Source: Thermoplasmatota archaeon (GTDB lineage: Archaea > Thermoplasmatota > Penumbrarchaeia > Penumbrarchaeales > Penumbrarchaeaceae). Taken from it: a stretch of DNA of 26,314 nt. A program made the position numbers and the translations under genes. Location: the NCBI GenBank assembly GCA_965234725.1, contig CBDDUX010000041.1, positions 1-26,314 on the forward strand, read 5' to 3'. This document shows positions 1 to 9,108 of this stretch, one piece after another (position 1 is the first letter of the stretch; every line of letters begins with the position of its first letter). The notes under the pieces were generated by a model that did no database searches, was not told the origin of the DNA, and worked only from the letters and a program-made list of their open reading frames with translations.

Positions 1-215
1 CCTAGGTATTCAGCAGGTTTATCATCAAGATAATGGTCACCGCCCCTCTGACCGGCTTTAAGACCCGTGATCTCGAAACCGGTGGTCTCGGCTGCATCTG
101 TTTCAACAGCGGAAAAAATAAACGGTAAGAAAGCTGCAAGGCCCAATACCGCAACGATCGCAATAACAACAGCTCTACTTTTCCCTAACTTATAGGAGGA
201 AGGCAGAATGTACAT
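1..215 (-). CDS. 5' part of a secreted or surface protein, running off the left edge (not in the ORF track)
   Basis: Manual translation from ATG at 215 gives MYILPSSYKLGKSRAVVIAIVAVLGLAAFLPFIFSAVETDAAETTGFEITGLKAGQRGGDHYLDDKPAEYL..., open to the edge. It has a basic N-region, a hydrophobic core and an AxA-like cleavage site. A strong SD (GAGGTGA, 221-227) and a TATA box lie upstream. Confidence 0.8.
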   Translation of the reverse strand, partial: MYILPSSYKLGKSRAVVIAIVAVLGLAAFLPFIFSAVETDAAETTGFEITGLKAGQRGGDHYLDDKPAEYL

Positions 216-273
216 TAAGTTCACCTCTATGTGGGATCTGGAAAAGTCACCCTACAATTGAAGTAGCAACCTG

Positions 274-290
274 TTATATAAAACTTTATT
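274..290 (-). promoter_or_regulatory. Archaeal BRE/TATA promoter for the edge gene
   Basis: The minus strand reads AATAAAG-TTTTATATAA about 60 nt upstream of ATG 215. Confidence 0.6.
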
Positions 291-380
291 TGACCAGCTT
301 TTTTCCAGAACTTAAAGGTTCCGGTAGCCAGCAGTTTGGTGAAAATGGTTCGAGTTGTCATAATGACGTCATATCTTGTC

Positions 381-764
381 CTATTCTTCCTTTTCCTTCC
401 TCATGCTCTCTATCCACATGAGAGGATAACCCATCTCTTCCATCCATCCCAATCTAGCATTGCAGATGGAACTTCCTACCCTTATCGATACCTTGGCATC
501 GATCATTCTCTCGTTCAGGGAACAGTATCCGAACCTTGAGAGTGATCTGCTAAGTTCCCCTTCATCTATTCTGACCTCGGCTTCAATGACATGGGGCTGT
601 GTAAGGACCGCAGATGTCATCGCTTTTTCCAGGCTTGAGCGGTTCTCGGTCCTTACCGGAACACCTATGAACTGGTGGAAAAGTGATCCCAATTTAATTC
701 CGGCCTCGAAAGCAGCCCTTTCACCTTCCGTACAATTGAACCGGTCGGTCTCAATAGTCGTCAT
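381..764 (-). CDS. mptD: Archaeal-type dihydroneopterin aldolase (MptD family)
   Basis: Motifs ERAAFEAGIKLGSLFHQFIGVPV, SLEKAM..QP.V and C-terminal GYPLM. Likely start is ATG 764 (MTTIE), overlapping the pssA stop. Confidence 0.88.
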   Translation of the reverse strand: MTTIETDRFNCTEGERAAFEAGIKLGSLFHQFIGVPVRTENRSSLEKAMTSAVLTQPHVIEAEVRIDEGELSRSLSRFGYCSLNERMIDAKVSIRVGSSICNARLGWMEEMGYPLMWIESMRKEKEE

Positions 765-1725
765 AAAGGTCCTCCAGGTCCTCATCGTCCAGATCATCGG
801 ATAGGTCCTCTTCCAGGTCCAATTCCAATCTCCTCTTGGCTCCCCAGATGTTCCTTGGACCCTGGAGGGCAGGTGAAAAGAAGTATCCCAGGGATGCCGC
901 TGTGAAGAGCATTGAACCCATCATACCCAGGACCGGTTCATTGACCCCGAAAAGCAAAGACATCTCCATCGTTAAAATTATAAATGCAGCGAAAAGCAGT
1001 GCCTTCCCCCTGTATTTTCGATATAGGATATCCGAGACCATCGCGAAGGAAAAGAAGAAAAGGATGCACGGGACGAGAATGGTTTCTCCGGTTGTGAAGA
1101 ATTCCGCTTCCACTTCCAGAGAGATGCTCCAATGATAGAGCGAGGTCAGTGATACCACTAGCATAGCAAATGCAGGAGTGGGCAGACCGATGAAATCCTT
1201 CCACTTGTTCTGAAAAATGGAGAAGCGGGCAAGTCTGAGTGTTCCTAAAATTGCTATCGAAAGGGATGCCACGATCACGATTGTGTTGTAGAACGAGCCA
1301 TCACCCACATCCCTGAACATGATATAGACTAAGATAGCCGGAGCAATGCAGAAGGTCATTGCATCCGCGATGGAATCCAGCCATATGCCGAAATTATGAG
1401 AGGAGCCGAACCTCCTTGCCACCGGACCGTCCAATCCGTCAAAGATGATTCCCAGGATTATAAGCATCATGGCCACCCTCAAGCCGTCCCCTCCGTTGAT
1501 GGAACTCATCACAGCAAGGATCCCGCAGATGAAGTTCATCAGGGTAACCAGGTCTGCAGGCGCTATCAATTTGATAAGTGGAAGAGGGCGCAACGGCCTT
1601 CTGGGCCTGTCCCTGATCCTTCGAATTGAACCTCTCATTCCCTGTGGGAACCTGGGTCTGACCCGGGTCTTTAACCTGGGTTCTTTTCCGGTCCTTCTGA
1701 CCCCGAATCTCTTCCTTTGATCCAT
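751..1725 (-). CDS. pssA: CDP-alcohol phosphatidyltransferase, archaetidylserine/phosphatidylserine synthase
   Basis: CDP-alcohol motif DGLDGPVARR...G..LDSIAD, plus ADLVTLMN, LRLARF and FIGLPTP, with multiple TM helices. Likely start is ATG 1725, just after the psd stop. Confidence 0.9.
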   Translation of the reverse strand: MDQRKRFGVRRTGKEPRLKTRVRPRFPQGMRGSIRRIRDRPRRPLRPLPLIKLIAPADLVTLMNFICGILAVMSSINGGDGLRVAMMLIILGIIFDGLDGPVARRFGSSHNFGIWLDSIADAMTFCIAPAILVYIMFRDVGDGSFYNTIVIVASLSIAILGTLRLARFSIFQNKWKDFIGLPTPAFAMLVVSLTSLYHWSISLEVEAEFFTTGETILVPCILFFFSFAMVSDILYRKYRGKALLFAAFIILTMEMSLLFGVNEPVLGMMGSMLFTAASLGYFFSPALQGPRNIWGAKRRLELDLEEDLSDDLDDEDLEDLYDDY

Positions 1726-1729
1726 GGAT

Positions 1730-2341
1730 TCACTTCGATAATGACGTTGAACCTGCAAGGACCTTCTGTCCTTCTTCAACTACTATCCTATGTCCGCGAG
1801 GCAGCTTGAACCTGATATCGACCCTGGAGCCGAACCTGATGAGACCGAACCTCTCCCCTTTCCGGAGATGGTCGCCCACCCTCACATAAGGTACTATCCT
1901 TCTTGCCACTGCTCCTGCTATCTGCTTCATCTCCCATGTTCCGTTTGCTGTCTTGAACCTGATGATCACTCTCTCGTTCCTGTCCGAATCCTTCTGGAAT
2001 GCGGGGACATAACCTCCGGAGATGTGGTCAACAGAGATAACTGTGCCTTCCAGAGGCCATCTGTTAACATGGACGTTGTGGACGTTCATGAAGATCTTGA
2101 TCGTTGCCCATCCACCCTTTTCCTCTATGCTCATTACCTTTCCATCCGCAGGGCAGATCACCCCCTCTCCTATCCTCCTTTCCGGATCACGGAAGAACAG
2201 GAGCACCGGAATGAAGATGGTGATCAGTAACAGGGAAAGACCAAGGAAGTAGATCGAATCGGTGATCAGGAAAAGACCGGCGGATACTATCGATAACAAT
2301 GGAATGGCAGACAGCCAAACAGGTGTTCCCCTTGCAAGCAT
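1730..2341 (-). CDS. psd: Archaetidylserine/phosphatidylserine decarboxylase proenzyme
   Basis: Motifs FFRDPER, PADGKV, IFMNVHNVHVNR, NER, QIAG.VARRI and the self-cleavage motif FGSRVD. N-terminal TM hairpin. Adjacent to pssA. Confidence 0.93.
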   Translation of the reverse strand: MLARGTPVWLSAIPLLSIVSAGLFLITDSIYFLGLSLLLITIFIPVLLFFRDPERRIGEGVICPADGKVMSIEEKGGWATIKIFMNVHNVHVNRWPLEGTVISVDHISGGYVPAFQKDSDRNERVIIRFKTANGTWEMKQIAGAVARRIVPYVRVGDHLRKGERFGLIRFGSRVDIRFKLPRGHRIVVEEGQKVLAGSTSLSK

Positions 2342-2360
2342 CTGATCAGGTCCCCGATGG

Positions 2361-2370
2361 TTTTTTAAAA
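2361..2370 (-). promoter_or_regulatory. TATA box of a probably leaderless psd-pssA-mptD transcript
   Basis: The minus strand reads TTTTAAAAAA about 20-25 nt upstream of ATG 2341, with no obvious SD. Confidence 0.45.
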
Positions 2371-2431
2371 CTTGAAGGAGCGGTCAATCATTAAACCCTT
2401 CCCCTGGTCCACGGACATTTCGCATTCTCAA

Positions 2432-5428
2432 CTAACTTTTCTTAGACCTCTTGACAAGGAAGATCACCATGACCATTAACAATAACAGGAGAGAAAGGAT
2501 GCTCAGGGAAAAAAGAGACAATGGTATTTCATCCGATCCTCTATCGGCCAAGGTGATACCACTTCCTGTCATTTCCTGCTCTTCCACTTGGAAGGTCATT
2601 GAAACGATGTTCGAATAGTACCTGTCGGCATAGGATCTTGCCTGGATGAGATGATCCCTTCCCGGATCGAGCTCCCTGGTCTCAAGGACATATTCCCATT
2701 CCCGGGTTCCACGTACGTCCTCCCATGAACCTGAATCCACCCTTACCTCCACCATCTCGACCTCCCCTTCCGGACCCGAACTTCCGGTGATCATGACGGA
2801 TCCTCTGAGTGTACCATTATTCCCGATCGGGTCAATGGTTACCCAGGGTGGTTCGACCACTATTGGGAGAACCCTCAAGGACCTGGTATCCGGTAGGCTC
2901 CATGTCCCGGATGAATCCCGGACCATGAAGGAGATCTCATGTTCTCCCTCGGAAAGGTCATCTTCTTCGAATGAGGAGCGCCTCGATAGGAAGCCGTCTA
3001 TCGAGGAGGTCCATTTGTATTCGGAGATCCTCTCACCCGGAGAGGGTGAACCCTCCCCCTGGAACACGACGGTCTCTCCCCGGATAGACTCCAGAGGGGA
3101 TATCTCCAGGATAACAGCCGTTGGAACAGTATTCTCCCCTTCGGTAACGGTGATCGATCTTGTCGCAGGTTCTTCAGAGACCTGACCGGAATCATCGGTC
3201 ACCGAGAGTGATATTATGTATCCACCAGGATCATCAAAAGTATGCGTTGTCCTTGGTTCACTGGACCAACCGGTCCGTGTCCCGTCCCCGAAATCGAACA
3301 TGTAACTCTTGATATTCCCATCCGGATCGAATGAGGAGGATCCGTCGATCAATATTTCTTCTCCTGCCCCAACCTCAATTGGAGCTGAAAGGACCGGAAC
3401 AGGTGGTTCGTTCCAGGATGGATCGATAAGAAATGAACTCTCAGAAGGGAGGCTAAGGGGGGGATAGGACCTGGAAATAAAAGCCTCCACCCCAATAAGG
3501 CCTTTGAACAAGATATCCTGATCCATGATCTCAAAGTATGACTCCTCTCCAGCAGGGATGGCGTCCCCTCGAAAAAGGCTTCTATTGACCTCCCGATCCC
3601 GATATTTGCAGGTGATCACCAGTTCATGGGAGTCGATCATATATCCGCCGGGATTGTCATATCTCATTTCAATGAGCGTGCCTCCTTCCTCCTCTCTGAC
3701 ATTAAGGATCTCGATACCAAGGTCTATGGGGTCTGTCGGTTCGTAAAGCCTCAGTTTTGTGGATGGATCAACCTCGTCGATCCGGACGGTCCTTCCCCTG
3801 GGCCAATCTACTATAAGGGAAATATCTCCCTTGACCTCTCCAAGACCGAAATGCAGGATCATTGAATCCTGTTGACCTTGAGCCGAGTTTCCACCGCTGA
3901 CATCCCTGAGCATTCTCAGGTCCATCACCCCATCACCATCTGTATCTGCTTCCACACTTACCCTTGCCCCGATGGCAGCGCTGTTTGATTCCCTTCCGTG
4001 AAGTTCCACCTCCAGCCACTCCCTTCCGGTATCCGCTTCCGATCCAAGGTTCCTGAAGAGGTGAACGGAGTATCCATCGGTAGCTCCAGTACCTTCGTCC
4101 CAGATCCCACCACCGGTTACCAGGTCGATCCATCCGTCATTGTTGTAATCACACCAGGCTGAACCGTACGTGTTCCATACCTTGATCCCGGCCTGATCTG
4201 TGACATCCTCGAAGGTCATGTTGCCAAGGTTCCGATACAGCAGTGAATTTGCGTATGGAACATCACCGTAGATCTGGGGTATGAAGAGGTCCAGCAATCC
4301 GTCATTGTCATAGTCCGCAAGAGAAGAGGAGACCATCAGCTCATCTCCTTCGGTCAAGGTCCCCCCCAAAGGTTTCACCGGTATTCCTGAACCCTCCCTT
4401 ACATCCTCGAACCTGTAACCCTCCTCCTTTCCAAGGTTCTCGAAAAGATAGGAATCATCACAGATCGGGCCCCTGTAAACATCCTTATGGGCCAGATTCG
4501 TGACCCACAGGTCCATATCACCATCATTATCAAGGTCCCCCCATGATGCCCCCAGGGAGTGGCCGTAATAGGGGCCCTCCCTTGTTACAGGATGAAGATT
4601 ACCGTGTCCTTCTACCCCCAGATCGGCGGCCATCTCCACCATTGTCCCGTTCTTCTGGTTCATATAAAGATAATTGGGCATTATCCTGTAGTTGGACACG
4701 TACGCATCCTGGAACCCGTCATTATTTGCATCGCACCAGCTGACCCCCCTTCCCTGATAAGGGTGGCCATCCTCGGACATCCCCGAGGAGATGGTGGAGT
4801 TGAAGAAGCTACCATTACCGGATCCGGTCCAGAAATGGTCGGGATAACCGGAGAAAGAAGAATCCTCGTAGTTGACCATGTAGAGATCGAGCCAACCGTC
4901 CCGATCCATGTCGGACCACCCCGCGGCAACGGTCGGGAAGGTATCATGAGGGGTCAGGTCCGAGATCGGGACCCTGGAGAAAGTGCCGTCCTTCTCATTA
5001 TGCCAGAGTATATCCTCATACTCAGGATGATCATCGGAACCCTTTCCGCCACCACAGAATATATCCAGCCATCCGTCGTTGTCGTAATCTCCGAATACAC
5101 CGCTGTTCGCAGCGGAACCTATTCCCGCCTGGGAGGTCATATCAGTGAATCGATATGTGGGTGGACCTCCGTTTCTGAACAATTTCTTCCCGTCAATCAG
5201 AAGGTCCTGATTACCATCCCTGTCTATGTCACCCCAGGAGAAGAAGTTACCCTTTACACCCTCAAGCCCTGTCTCCTTGGAAACATTGATGAATGTAACA
5301 GGACCCATCCTTGAAGAGGGACCTGATAGGTGCGGCTCCTCCGGAACCCCCATGTACCTTCCCACATTAACAAGTGTGAAAGAAACAATGAGGAAACCGA
5401 CCACGAGGTACCTGGAACAGATCGACAC
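2432..5428 (-). CDS. Membrane-anchored surface protein: FG-GAP/CRTAC1-like beta-propeller, ASPIC/UnbV domain, PKD/Ig-like domains
   Basis: N-terminal signal/TM segment. Seven Ca-binding repeats: WGDIDRDG, FGDYDNDG, WSDMDRDG, WCDANNDG, WGDLDNDG, LADYDNDG, WCDYNNDG. ASPIC/UnbV signature SNSAAIGARV...LHFGLG. PKD signature SFDPDG...FDFGDG. C-terminal TM followed by KRSKKS. Confidence 0.85.
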   Translation of the reverse strand: MSICSRYLVVGFLIVSFTLVNVGRYMGVPEEPHLSGPSSRMGPVTFINVSKETGLEGVKGNFFSWGDIDRDGNQDLLIDGKKLFRNGGPPTYRFTDMTSQAGIGSAANSGVFGDYDNDGWLDIFCGGGKGSDDHPEYEDILWHNEKDGTFSRVPISDLTPHDTFPTVAAGWSDMDRDGWLDLYMVNYEDSSFSGYPDHFWTGSGNGSFFNSTISSGMSEDGHPYQGRGVSWCDANNDGFQDAYVSNYRIMPNYLYMNQKNGTMVEMAADLGVEGHGNLHPVTREGPYYGHSLGASWGDLDNDGDMDLWVTNLAHKDVYRGPICDDSYLFENLGKEEGYRFEDVREGSGIPVKPLGGTLTEGDELMVSSSLADYDNDGLLDLFIPQIYGDVPYANSLLYRNLGNMTFEDVTDQAGIKVWNTYGSAWCDYNNDGWIDLVTGGGIWDEGTGATDGYSVHLFRNLGSEADTGREWLEVELHGRESNSAAIGARVSVEADTDGDGVMDLRMLRDVSGGNSAQGQQDSMILHFGLGEVKGDISLIVDWPRGRTVRIDEVDPSTKLRLYEPTDPIDLGIEILNVREEEGGTLIEMRYDNPGGYMIDSHELVITCKYRDREVNRSLFRGDAIPAGEESYFEIMDQDILFKGLIGVEAFISRSYPPLSLPSESSFLIDPSWNEPPVPVLSAPIEVGAGEEILIDGSSSFDPDGNIKSYMFDFGDGTRTGWSSEPRTTHTFDDPGGYIISLSVTDDSGQVSEEPATRSITVTEGENTVPTAVILEISPLESIRGETVVFQGEGSPSPGERISEYKWTSSIDGFLSRRSSFEEDDLSEGEHEISFMVRDSSGTWSLPDTRSLRVLPIVVEPPWVTIDPIGNNGTLRGSVMITGSSGPEGEVEMVEVRVDSGSWEDVRGTREWEYVLETRELDPGRDHLIQARSYADRYYSNIVSMTFQVEEQEMTGSGITLADRGSDEIPLSLFSLSILSLLLLLMVMVIFLVKRSKKS

Positions 5429-5484
5429 TATTATTCCCCAGGGGTATATCGGTCATACCGGATAAAGAACTATTGAATGATGGA

Positions 5485-8400
5485 TCATTTGAACAGACTT
5501 TTATCGAATTCCGGCATATCTGCCCTTCCAGGTTCGGGTCCAGCCGGTATCTCCGGGAGAGACATGTCCGGTGGGGGGGGAACAGACCGAGGTACCTGAC
5601 CTTCATTTCTTACGGGCTCCTTCCCAAAATCTTTGGTTATCATCTTCTCCTCATGATCCGATAGGTTCTCTTCCTCAGCTGTCCCCATGATCGAACCCGC
5701 TTCCTCTTCTTCTTTCTTTTCACCTTTATTAGGGGGATCCAACTCTTTCATCTTTGATCTGACCCTGAATACCAGGATAAGGGTCAGGAGCAAAATTACC
5801 AATATCACTACAAGACCTGTGAGTGACATGGCGAATTCGGTCAATCTTGAGAAGAGGGGATCCTCCTGGACATCCACCGATAGTTCGACCATGTATGAAT
5901 CTCCGTCATCATCGGTCACCCTGAGTCCGATGGTCCGTTTTCCAGGCGAATCGAAGACGAAAGTTGCATTCTTGTCCACCTTTCCATCCTGGACCTTACC
6001 GTTTACCAGCCACTCGAAGGTCAGGAAAGGAAGGTCAGATGGATTATCAGTGGTCCTGTAGCCATTTGCAGTGAACTTCTCACCTACATCTATCTTGACC
6101 GGAATACCTCCAAGGACAACATTGGGAAATGGATTCTTCACCAAAATGAATGTTGTATTGTAACCTGTCACACCCTGGTCGTCAATGGCTGTGATCCTGA
6201 TCTCATGTGTTCCTGAAAAAGAGATGGAGATCTCCGGAGCTTCCGGACCTTCGGCGACCACCACACCATCAAGTTCCCAGGTAACAATAAGACCCCCCTC
6301 ATCACCGGATGAGTCCCATCCTGGATTCACCCTGATATCCAGCATTTCATCCTCCCATACGGTCTCCGGCATGGAGACATTTGGCAATGGGGCAATATTG
6401 TTGACTTTGATGTAATGGAAGACCGTGGAGGTGTCACCGTCATCATCCGTAACCTGAAGCATGACGGTAAGGTTGCCCTCTTTCATAGGTATGAACTCGA
6501 CCCAAACACCAAGACTGTCGATCTCACCGTCTCCGTCCGTATCCCAGCTGAAAATGAGATCATCCAGATCGGAGATGGTATCGATGCTCTGGGAACCTGA
6601 AAGGTTCACCTTGCTTTCCACCGGTGCCTGCATGGGACCTGAGACCTTGGCCTGAGGAGGTCTGTTCATGACCTGTACCTCGATCTCCGCTCTGGCGGGA
6701 TCATCGATCCCGGGTCTGAAACCATCGTCAGTGACCTCTAGCATCACTCTATGGACGCCAGAGGTCTCCCAAGCCACTGTGATCACAGGACCGCCATCCG
6801 AAGGTACTTCCAGACCGTCCACGAACCAGTTGAATTGCAGATCACCAATATCCGAAGGTGTGTCGAAGGACCTGTTGCCGACATAGGTTCCCTGCTGGTC
6901 CTCGAAGATCGAGGTAGGACCTGTAAGAACAGCAACGGGATCACGTTCGAGGACCTGGACCGTCATTGAATCGTTACCAGATCCCCCGTCCATGTCCCTT
7001 ACCTCAAGTGATAGTACATGGAGACCCGCGTCCGGGATGGACAGCATGAAAATTGGGTCCGTCGACCAATTCCTCAATTCCGATCCATCCAGAAGGAACC
7101 GGTATTCCAGCTCATCCATATCAGCAGCCACATCATATGACAAGGAGCCGTTTATGGAGAAGTTCTCATCCTCTCCGACCTCCAGGATCGGATCAAGGTC
7201 CGTTTGGATCCTGGCTATCGGAGCCTTGTTCAGGACCTCAATGGTCCGGTCAATATGAGCCGATGTCTGGGAGTCATTTACCGTAAGTCTGATGGTCCTT
7301 GTCCCTTCATCCGGATATGTGACCTTTACCGTCCCATCGACGGAGTCCACATTGTCAAGGCCGTTACTGTCATCCAGGTCCCATCTGAATGTGAGGAGGT
7401 CCTTGTCCGGATCAATAGAATCGATCCCATGGAATGTCAGCTCCAAACCTTCATAGAGGTCCTCGTTATCATAGGTGATCGCCGGGATCGGAGGTCTGTT
7501 CAGAGCCTTGATGGATGCCATGTCGAAAAGCTCACCGAACCCAGCCTCGACAGTATATAGTCCGGGTGAGATATCGTTCAGAATGAATGAACCTGTCATG
7601 TCAGTGAGGCCAATCAGTGATCCGTTCACGAAGATCTCCACCCCTTCGAATGGTACCGGAGGTGTTTCAGTAATATCGGTTGCATCGATCTTCAGATCGT
7701 GTCGGTCCGGAAAACCGGATACATCGATGATCGAAAGGTTCAATCTCAATCTCTCACGGGGATTCTGGTACTCCCATATCATCTCATCCCAGAACGAGTC
7801 TGACGTAAAGTTGAGGAATCCTGAGGATCCGTTATAGATCGATTTGTATGCAAGCTTCTTCCCTGGAAGGTAGACGGTGATCCCGGTACCTCTGGGGTTC
7901 CTGCCATCGGGTTTGATCCATGAGTCCATCACCATCCTATCATATATCGACTTGGCGGACCTTGCCAGGTCTGTGATGTTTGTTTCCAGGTCCTTTATTA
8001 TGAGCTCGGAGAGCAGTGATCCTACATCCAGACTTTCTATCCCTACGATCTCGGTCCCTCCGACAACGTTATTGAAGAGACCATTCTCCTCCTCCTCCAG
8101 GTAATACATCCTGTGATAGAGCGATCTGGAAAGCATGTCCCAGACCTCTATGAAATCAGATCTCAGGACCTCGATGTCCGCTACCACGATGGTATGGTAA
8201 CTATCGGAGCTGGAAGCGTATTCGATCTCAAAGAGGTCCACCATATTCGAAACGAGGTCCGAAGCGGAATGGGGACCCTCTCCATCGAGAGATGATATGA
8301 AGGTATAGTTGTAACCATACCAGGGCTGTTCGTCCATGGAACCGGTTGCGATCTTCGACCAGGGTGCAAGCTGATAGAATACCTCCAGCATGCCCATGAA

Positions 8401-9051
8401 GCATGTATCGTGTCCTATGATATCGAACTCATAGGGTCCGATGGTACTTTCAGCATCCTGAAAGGCATCCCTGAGATCGTCAAGGTACATCATGCTCCCG
8501 GAACTCTGGTCCTGTGCGAAACCACGGGTCTGCGGAGGTTTGGATACATCTCCGTTGATGTACCATCCGGAACCGTGGTCCCACATGACGAACATGGACC
8601 GATCGAATGTAGTATTGGTCAGGGCAAACTCGATGAACTTCTGGACGGTCTTTCCGCTTCCGCTGTTTATCTCATCCGTCCAGGATGGGTCCAGCTTAGA
8701 AAGCGGGATAGTGGGGGAATGGATACCCTCTGTGGTATCTGGTCTGACATCATAGAGCTTAGAGTTCGAAGGACCTTTCAGATCCGTCAGGGCAAGGACC
8801 CTGACACCGCTCTGCGGTATAGAGCTCTCCAATTCCTCGAGGTCCATAAGGGCGGCGTTCCCGTAATCACCATTCTGCCCCAGGTCGTTATCCCCTGCAA
8901 TGTAAACAAGTATGAGCCATTCATGATCGACAGAACGCATCAACTGCGCATTGTCAGGTTCTCCTCCTCCGGGAGCAGCCAGCATTTGGAGAAGAAGCAT
9001 TAGGCTGAAGGGAAGTATCAGCAGACGAATGAAAGACCGGTTGTACTCCAC
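5485..9051 (-). CDS. Clostripain-family (peptidase C11) cysteine protease with about 6 PKD repeats and a C-terminal membrane anchor
   Basis: Signal peptide. C11 motifs W.ILVYIAGDNDL, catalytic His in WDHGSGW and catalytic Cys in HDTCFMG.LEV.YQL, plus GITVYLP. PKD repeats begin NRPP, NKAP, ERDP, NRPP, NIAP and NPFP. A TM helix and an acidic/Pro-rich tail follow. Confidence 0.88.
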   Translation of the reverse strand: MEYNRSFIRLLILPFSLMLLLQMLAAPGGGEPDNAQLMRSVDHEWLILVYIAGDNDLGQNGDYGNAALMDLEELESSIPQSGVRVLALTDLKGPSNSKLYDVRPDTTEGIHSPTIPLSKLDPSWTDEINSGSGKTVQKFIEFALTNTTFDRSMFVMWDHGSGWYINGDVSKPPQTRGFAQDQSSGSMMYLDDLRDAFQDAESTIGPYEFDIIGHDTCFMGMLEVFYQLAPWSKIATGSMDEQPWYGYNYTFISSLDGEGPHSASDLVSNMVDLFEIEYASSSDSYHTIVVADIEVLRSDFIEVWDMLSRSLYHRMYYLEEEENGLFNNVVGGTEIVGIESLDVGSLLSELIIKDLETNITDLARSAKSIYDRMVMDSWIKPDGRNPRGTGITVYLPGKKLAYKSIYNGSSGFLNFTSDSFWDEMIWEYQNPRERLRLNLSIIDVSGFPDRHDLKIDATDITETPPVPFEGVEIFVNGSLIGLTDMTGSFILNDISPGLYTVEAGFGELFDMASIKALNRPPIPAITYDNEDLYEGLELTFHGIDSIDPDKDLLTFRWDLDDSNGLDNVDSVDGTVKVTYPDEGTRTIRLTVNDSQTSAHIDRTIEVLNKAPIARIQTDLDPILEVGEDENFSINGSLSYDVAADMDELEYRFLLDGSELRNWSTDPIFMLSIPDAGLHVLSLEVRDMDGGSGNDSMTVQVLERDPVAVLTGPTSIFEDQQGTYVGNRSFDTPSDIGDLQFNWFVDGLEVPSDGGPVITVAWETSGVHRVMLEVTDDGFRPGIDDPARAEIEVQVMNRPPQAKVSGPMQAPVESKVNLSGSQSIDTISDLDDLIFSWDTDGDGEIDSLGVWVEFIPMKEGNLTVMLQVTDDDGDTSTVFHYIKVNNIAPLPNVSMPETVWEDEMLDIRVNPGWDSSGDEGGLIVTWELDGVVVAEGPEAPEISISFSGTHEIRITAIDDQGVTGYNTTFILVKNPFPNVVLGGIPVKIDVGEKFTANGYRTTDNPSDLPFLTFEWLVNGKVQDGKVDKNATFVFDSPGKRTIGLRVTDDDGDSYMVELSVDVQEDPLFSRLTEFAMSLTGLVVILVILLLTLILVFRVRSKMKELDPPNKGEKKEEEEAGSIMGTAEEENLSDHEEKMITKDFGKEPVRNEGQVPRSVPPPPDMSLPEIPAGPEPGRADMPEFDKSLFK

Positions 9052-9108
9052 AATGGGTGAGGTCCAACTGTCTTTAAATGATTGATGGTGACATGCGCGC
9101 TTAAGACA

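Noticed and set aside
4559..5314. 251-aa plus-strand ORF (and similar ones at 8410-9003, 10765-11406, 13997-14626 and 25588-26166)
   Set aside because: These lie antisense to well-supported genes and show no family motifs or independent expression signals.
5573..5580. G8 homopolymer (also G7 at 3457-3463 and G8 at 14963-14970) as phase-variation tracts
   Set aside because: The tracts are short, correspond to in-frame Pro codons on the coding strand, and the reading frames are intact.
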